The position numbers and the translations under genes are program-made. A stretch of 22,193 bases of DNA from Candidatus Phoenicimicrobium oleiphilum (GTDB lineage: Bacteria; Atribacterota; Phoenicimicrobiia; Phoenicimicrobiales; Phoenicimicrobiaceae). Positions 17,512-22,193 of the stretch are shown piece after piece; the stretch's first letter is position 1; the number at the start of each line of letters is the position of its first letter. Where the stretch lies: positions 1-22,193 of the forward strand of contig JBDIWJ010000031.1 of the NCBI GenBank assembly GCA_039638295.1, read 5' to 3'. The notes beneath the pieces are model-generated. The model was not told the origin of the DNA. It saw only the letters and a program-made list of their open reading frames with translations, and did no database searches.

Positions 17512-18174
17512 ATGGAAAGACAATTTGACCAAGAATTAAATATTCTAAAAGAAGATTTATTAAAAATGGCTTCTTTAACTGAAGAAGCTGTTGCTAAATC
17601 AATAAAGGCTTTAGTAGAAAGAGATTCAAACTTAGCCCAGGAAGTAATAGACCGAGACAGGGAAGTTAATCTTTTGGAGATAGAAATAAACAATCAATGT
17701 TTAAAACTTTTGGCCTTAAAACAGCCTATGGCTATTGATTTAAGATTTATTACTTCTGTTATGAAAATTATCAGTCACTTAGAAAGAATAGCAGACCAGG
17801 CGGTAAATATTTCCCAAAGAACCTTAAAATTAATAAAACAACCCTTGCTTAAACCTCTAATTGATATCCCCCGAATGGCAGAATTGGCTCAGGAGATGGT
17901 GATAAATTCGGTAGATTCTCTTGTAAATAAAGATTCTCTTCTGGCTAAAAGAATCGGGAAAAGAGATAATTTGGTAGATGATTTAAATGACCAAATATTT
18001 AGAGAACTTTTAACTTATATGATAGAGGACCCAAGAACTATAAAAAGAGCGATAGAATTAATTTTAGTTGGCCGTCATTTAGAAAGAATTGCCGATTTAG
18101 CCACCAATATAAGTGAGGAAGTTGTGTTTATATTAAATGGTAAAAATATAAAACACCCCGATCAGGAAAAATAA
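17512..18174 (+). CDS. phoU: Phosphate signalling complex protein PhoU
   Basis: QPMAIDLR, LERIADQAVNI and LERIADLATNISE. Follows pstB; AGGAGG RBS. Confidence 0.95.
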   Translation: MERQFDQELNILKEDLLKMASLTEEAVAKSIKALVERDSNLAQEVIDRDREVNLLEIEINNQCLKLLALKQPMAIDLRFITSVMKIISHLERIADQAVNISQRTLKLIKQPLLKPLIDIPRMAELAQEMVINSVDSLVNKDSLLAKRIGKRDNLVDDLNDQIFRELLTYMIEDPRTIKRAIELILVGRHLERIADLATNISEEVVFILNGKNIKHPDQEK

Positions 18175-18193
18175 TTTCTTATTATAAAATACA

Positions 18194-19117
18194 CTAGAGA
18201 TCAATCTTCTGGCGTATTTTATTACTGCATAAGATAGAAAGGGCGATACAGTTAAATTTCACATCATTCTTATCTGCCCGGGAAGGTATTATTACTGGAG
18301 CTTTGGTGCCCACTAATACATGCCCTACTGGATAATTGGCATAATAGGTAAGTGCTTTACCAAAGATATTTCCCGTAGCAATATCGGGAACGATTAGAAT
18401 ATCAGCTTTACCTGCCACAGGTGAGGTGATACCTTTTTTCTGGGCAGCAAATTCTGAAATAGCATTATCCAAAGCAAGTGGCCCATCGATAATACAGCCG
18501 GTAATCTGTCCTCTCTGATTCATCTTAGAAATCATCCCAGCTTTAATAGTCTCTTCCATATCGGGATTTATAGTTTCTACTGCGGCTAAGAGAGCAACTT
18601 TGGGAGTTTCTATTCCTAATTTGTGTGCAACTTCAACAGCATTTCTTATAATTTCCAATAAAGTATTCACATCTGGTTTGATATTTACTCCCCCATCACT
18701 CATTAATACTAATTTGGGATCTTCTTCTCTTCTATCTTCAAAGACAAAAACATCACTGACGATTTTATTAGTTCTTAGTCCCCACTCTTTGTTTAATACT
18801 GCCTTTAAAAGAGTAGCAGTCTTTATCTTCCCTTTAAGAAGTGTGCCTCCTTCTTTTACCTTCTCAACTGCCAGACGTGCTTTTTCTAAATCATCTTTTA
18901 CCTTGATAATCTCTTTTACAAAATTGCTATCTCCCAATAAGGAGATAGATTTTTCAATTTCTTCTTTATCTCCAACCAGAATTCCTTCTCCAAAACCGTA
19001 ATTATAACTTTCTTTTATTGCCTTCAAGGCTTCGATATCCTCTCCTCCGGCAACAATAATCTTTTCTCTTCCTTGAGTTTTTAAATTGGCAAATAATTCT
19101 TTAAAACTTTTTATCAT
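18194..19117 (-). CDS. ptb: Phosphate butyryl/acetyltransferase
   Basis: LLKGKIKTA.LLKAVL, SDGGVNIKP, PKVALLAAVETINP, DGPLALDNAIS and PSRAD. AGGAGG at 19124-19129 favours ATG 19117. Confidence 0.9.
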   Translation of the reverse strand: MIKSFKELFANLKTQGREKIIVAGGEDIEALKAIKESYNYGFGEGILVGDKEEIEKSISLLGDSNFVKEIIKVKDDLEKARLAVEKVKEGGTLLKGKIKTATLLKAVLNKEWGLRTNKIVSDVFVFEDRREEDPKLVLMSDGGVNIKPDVNTLLEIIRNAVEVAHKLGIETPKVALLAAVETINPDMEETIKAGMISKMNQRGQITGCIIDGPLALDNAISEFAAQKKGITSPVAGKADILIVPDIATGNIFGKALTYYANYPVGHVLVGTKAPVIIPSRADKNDVKFNCIALSILCSNKIRQKIDL

Positions 19118-19192
19118 TTTAGACCTCCTATACACAGATTACATATACAAATTGCTCAGATTATGTGCTTGATAACTTGATAGTGGATTCTA

Positions 19193-19351
19193 TGGATTCC
19201 CGCTTTCGCGGGAATGACATAAACTAAAGGAATGACATAAGAAAGTAAGGAACTGGGTCGGATAAATCCGATCCCTACCTCGACAGGCGGGCCTGCCCTC
19301 GTGAAAACGGGGGGCGCCTGTCCAACGGTTTTATATTGATACGGGAATGAC
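19193..19351. repeat. Mosaic of REP-like palindromes in the buk-ptb spacer
   Basis: TGGATTCCCGCTTTCGCGGGAATGAC (19193-19218); further GGAATGAC copies at 19229 and 19344; GTAG-REP copy 2 (19245-19280); GACAGGCG/CGCCTGTC stem (19282-19322) enclosing CCTGCCCTCGTGAAAACGGGG. Confidence 0.75.
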
Positions 19352-19386
19352 GCTGTCAAATCCAAAATTAAAATTAAAATATGATT

Positions 19387-20454
19387 TTAGGAATATATCT
19401 TTACTTTCTCTACCCCATTTAGCACTCTTATAACTGCCTGAGCTAACGCCCCCATCTCTTCTTCCCCTGGATAAACGACTAAGGGAGCTATCCAGCCCAC
19501 TCTCTCTTTTATTTTATTTACCAAAATCTCATTGTGTGCCATTCCTCCAACAAGAATAATCGCGTCAATTTTTCCTTTTAATACTGTAGCCATTGCCCCG
19601 ATTTCTTTGGCAATTTGATAACACATTGCTTTAAAAATTAATTTAGCATAACTATCCCCCTGGTCTATCATTTTCATAACTTCTCTTAAATCATTAGTCC
19701 CTAAATGAGAGACAAGTCCGCCCTGATGAGTAATAAACTTAATTAATTCTTTTTCTGAATATTTCCCAGAATAACACAAATGAATCAATGCGGCATTGGG
19801 AAGAGAGCCAGTCCTTTCAGGGGAAAAAGGTCCTCCATCATTGGCATTATTTACATCAACAATTTTCCCTTTCTTAATAGGGGCGATAGATATCCCTCCA
19901 CCTAAATGGGCTACAATAAGATTTAATTCCTCAAACTTTTTCCCCTGTTCTTTAGCATAACGGAAGGCATTGGCTCGAATATTTAAAGTATGGAGCAAGG
20001 ATTTCCTTTCTATTCCTTTTAGCCCGGATATCCGAGCAATGTCCGTAAATTCATCAACCGATACCGGGTCAGCAATATAAGCTGGAACACCAATTTCTTC
20101 AGCTATTTCACGGGCAATAATCCCTCCTAAATTAGAGGCATGTTCAACAGGAGAATTTTTTAAATCATCTATGAGTTTATTGTTTACCATATATGTTCCA
20201 GCAGTCAGGGGTTTTAATATCCCTCCTCGGCCTATAACCGCTTTTATAGAATTAATGTCTATGTTTCTCTTTTTTAAGGTATTTAAAATTATATTTTTTC
20301 TTACTGGACCTTGCTCTAAAAGAGATGTAAATTGAGAAAGTTCTTCGGTAGTATGGGATATGTTCTCTTTAAAAATCTCTTTTCCTTCCAGATTAAATAA
20401 GGCAATCTTGGTAGAAGTTGAACCAGGATTGATTACCAGAATATTTTCTTTCAT
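19387..20454 (-). CDS. buk: Butyrate (branched-chain carboxylate) kinase
   Basis: INPGSTSTK, GRGG, EHASNLG, DPVSVDE, HLGGGIS, GPFSPER and YPGEEEM. GGAGG favours ATG 20454. Confidence 0.95.
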   Translation of the reverse strand: MKENILVINPGSTSTKIALFNLEGKEIFKENISHTTEELSQFTSLLEQGPVRKNIILNTLKKRNIDINSIKAVIGRGGILKPLTAGTYMVNNKLIDDLKNSPVEHASNLGGIIAREIAEEIGVPAYIADPVSVDEFTDIARISGLKGIERKSLLHTLNIRANAFRYAKEQGKKFEELNLIVAHLGGGISIAPIKKGKIVDVNNANDGGPFSPERTGSLPNAALIHLCYSGKYSEKELIKFITHQGGLVSHLGTNDLREVMKMIDQGDSYAKLIFKAMCYQIAKEIGAMATVLKGKIDAIILVGGMAHNEILVNKIKERVGWIAPLVVYPGEEEMGALAQAVIRVLNGVEKVKIYS

Positions 20455-20471
20455 ACATTCCTCCATTCTTT

Positions 20472-20700
20472 ATAGTACAAGTATGTAGTATTTAGTATAT
20501 AGTAAAGAAAACCGTATCTAGTATCTCGTTAAGATGGTTAGCCAGTTTGCCGGTTTACCAGTTACCCGGTTTAAGAATTAAAAGTATTTTGGTTAATTGT
20601 ATCAATTAACTCTCATCATCCAACTGAGAACTTGTATTTGAAATTAACGATTAGAATTAACTGGCTAACTGGCAAACAGGGTAACCAGGTAATTAACTAA
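20472..20700. repeat. Short tandem repeats arranged as inverted arms
   Basis: 7-mer TAGTAT(A/T)-like run (~20472-20504). 8-mer units (GTTAGCCA, GTTTGCCG, GTTTACCA, GTTACCCG) at 20537-20571 and reverse complements of the same unit family at 20659-20692. Internal hairpin GTTAATTG-tat-CAATTAAC (20592-20610). Confidence 0.7.
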
Positions 20701-20703
20701 ACA

Positions 20704-21867
20704 CTAACAACTAGATATTTTTTCTATCCCCTTCTTTATTCTATTTATTCCCTCTTTAATATCCTCTAGTGAAGTAGCAAAAGAGAGACGAATATAGCCT
20801 TCTCCTTGTGTACCAAAAGCAGTGCCCGGAACGGTCACTACCTTACATTTTTCTAAGAGATACATAGATAATTCCTCAGAGGTCATCCCTGTTTCTTTTA
20901 TATTTACGAAAGCATAAAATGTTCCTTCAGGTGCATAACAGCTCAATCCCTTAATCTCGTTTAACCCTTTGGTAAGAACATTTCTCCTTTCACTATAAGC
21001 CGAAAACATCTCTTTAACGCAATCCTGAGGACCTTGTATTGCTGCCAGGCCTGCTCTCTGGGCAATAGAATTGGCACATACAGAAGTATTTTGCAATAGT
21101 TTTGCTATCTCCTTTACTAAATCAGCGGGAGCGGCAAGGTATGCCAGCCTCCATCCAGTCATTGCGTAACTCTTAGAAAATCCGAATATAGAAATAGTTT
21201 GTTCTTTCATTCCAGGCAAAGAGGCTATACTAATATGCTCTCTGCCATCATAAATTATATCTTCGTAAAGCTCGTCACTGATTATAAATAAATCCTTTTC
21301 TTTAGCTATCTTCGCAATCAATAATAATTCTTCTTGAGTGAAAGCTGCTCCCGTAGGATTGCTAGGAGAATTTATTAGGATAGCCTTGGTTTTAGGTGTA
21401 ATATAATTTTTCAGCTCTTCTAAATCAGGATGAAAATTATTTTTGCCCCGCAGAGGAAGATGTATCGGTTTCCCTCCCGCAAAATACACCTGAGATTCAT
21501 AAACCACAAAACCAGGGTCAGGAATGATGATTTCGTCACCAGGGTTAATAAGAATGTAACAAGAAAAGAATAATGCTTCTGTACCACCAGAAGTAACCAC
21601 TACTTCTTCAGGAGTAACTGAGATTTTGTTTTTATTAGTCAGCTTATCAGCCAAAACCTTCCTAAGTTCTGGAAATCCTAAATTAGGAGTATAACGGGTG
21701 TAACCCTCATCTAAGGCCTTTTTGGCTGCCTCTCGAATATGGGCAGGAGTAATAAAATCAGGCTCTCCTATTCCAAAACTGATTAAATCTTTTTGTCCTT
21801 GAGCTAAGTCGAATAATTTTCTAATACCTGAAGGTTTTATTTTTTTTAAATTAAGATTAAATTCCAA
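20704..21867 (-). CDS. Class I/II PLP-dependent aminotransferase (aspartate/aromatic type)
   Basis: GEPDF, NSPSNPTG, SDELY, PLP-lysine motif FSKSYAMTGWRL and GYIRLSFA. TTG start with GGAGG. Confidence 0.93.
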   Translation of the reverse strand: MEFNLNLKKIKPSGIRKLFDLAQGQKDLISFGIGEPDFITPAHIREAAKKALDEGYTRYTPNLGFPELRKVLADKLTNKNKISVTPEEVVVTSGGTEALFFSCYILINPGDEIIIPDPGFVVYESQVYFAGGKPIHLPLRGKNNFHPDLEELKNYITPKTKAILINSPSNPTGAAFTQEELLLIAKIAKEKDLFIISDELYEDIIYDGREHISIASLPGMKEQTISIFGFSKSYAMTGWRLAYLAAPADLVKEIAKLLQNTSVCANSIAQRAGLAAIQGPQDCVKEMFSAYSERRNVLTKGLNEIKGLSCYAPEGTFYAFVNIKETGMTSEELSMYLLEKCKVVTVPGTAFGTQGEGYIRLSFATSLEDIKEGINRIKKGIEKISSC

Positions 21868-21902
21868 TATTCTTCCTCCTTTTCATTATAAAATTCTATT
21901 AC

Positions 21903-21926
21903 AGGTTCGATAAATCGAACTTCTAC
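21903..21926 (-). repeat. GTAG-type REP-like hairpin overlapping the iorB stop codon
   Basis: Minus strand GTAG-AAGTTCGAT-tt-ATCGAACCT. Same GATTTATC core as the 13911 and 19245 copies. Confidence 0.55.
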
Positions 21927-22193
21927 ATATTTACCTCTTCAAATCCTTTTTCGAAGGCTTTTAAATTCGTTTCAATACTTTTGGGAGGTAAGTTTTCTTT
22001 CATAGATTGAATAACTAATTTTTTATCTACAGGAAAATTAGGAGTAGCAACTGCTACTCCAAGTAGAACCATATTTTCCGATATAATACTTCCAGCTTCT
22101 TTGGCTATTTTCTGGGCATCAATTATTAATAGATTCTTTACTTTGTTTTTCAATTCTTCAAAGACAGAAGATAGCTCAGGGTATTCTGAAATA
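21923..22193 (-). CDS. iorB: Indolepyruvate:ferredoxin oxidoreductase beta subunit (POR gamma-type), 5' part outside the window
   Basis: ..EYPELSSVFEELK..IIDAQKIAKEAGSIISENMVLLG..IETNLKAFEKG; frame open to the edge. Upstream of the aminotransferase, buk and ptb. Confidence 0.75.
   Translation of the reverse strand, partial: ISEYPELSSVFEELKNKVKNLLIIDAQKIAKEAGSIISENMVLLGVAVATPNFPVDKKLVIQSMKENLPPKSIETNLKAFEKGFEEVNM

Noticed and set aside
5153..19001. Short antisense or alternate-frame ORFs (5153, 5920, 7067, 8125, 8419, 10260, 11320, 12471, 13493, 14668, 14793, 15447, 15911, 15986, 16859, 16978, 17463, 18600)
   Set aside because: All overlap well-supported genes or pseudogenes and show no recognisable motifs.
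19156..19365. 69 aa ORF in the buk-ptb spacer
   Set aside because: It is a translation of REP palindromes (VIPAKAGIH comes from that repeat), with no evident RBS.

Overview
AT-rich bacterial window. Gene content and the soluble-type PstS signal peptide fit an anaerobic diderm such as Atribacterota/JS1; this assignment is inference. From left to right: (i) an inositol-3-phosphate synthase plus inositol-1-phosphate cytidylyltransferase pair on the minus strand, consistent with di-myo-inositol-phosphate-type synthesis; (ii) a ~5 kb defence-like accessory island with a consensus promoter, a two-hairpin leader and a decayed NYN ribonuclease gene, a ~300 bp element resembling IS1634 ends, an AAA-ATPase/DUF234 gene behind a 35 bp palindromic operator, an internally deleted mini-copy of that ATPase unit, and an N4C-type methyltransferase fused to an apparently dead SNase domain coupled to an MjaI-family endonuclease; (iii) a decayed peptide-ABC/amidohydrolase operon joined across a defective IS1634-family element; (iv) a frameshifted mgsA and an RRM gene divergent from an intact phoP-phoR-pstSCAB-phoU locus, with Pho-box-like 11 bp-periodic repeats facing both directions; (v) an amino-acid fermentation cluster (iorB, aminotransferase, buk, ptb) whose spacers carry REP-like and tandem/inverted repeats. 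No rRNA, tRNA or CRISPR array was seen. All product calls come from motif recognition by eye, not from database searches.
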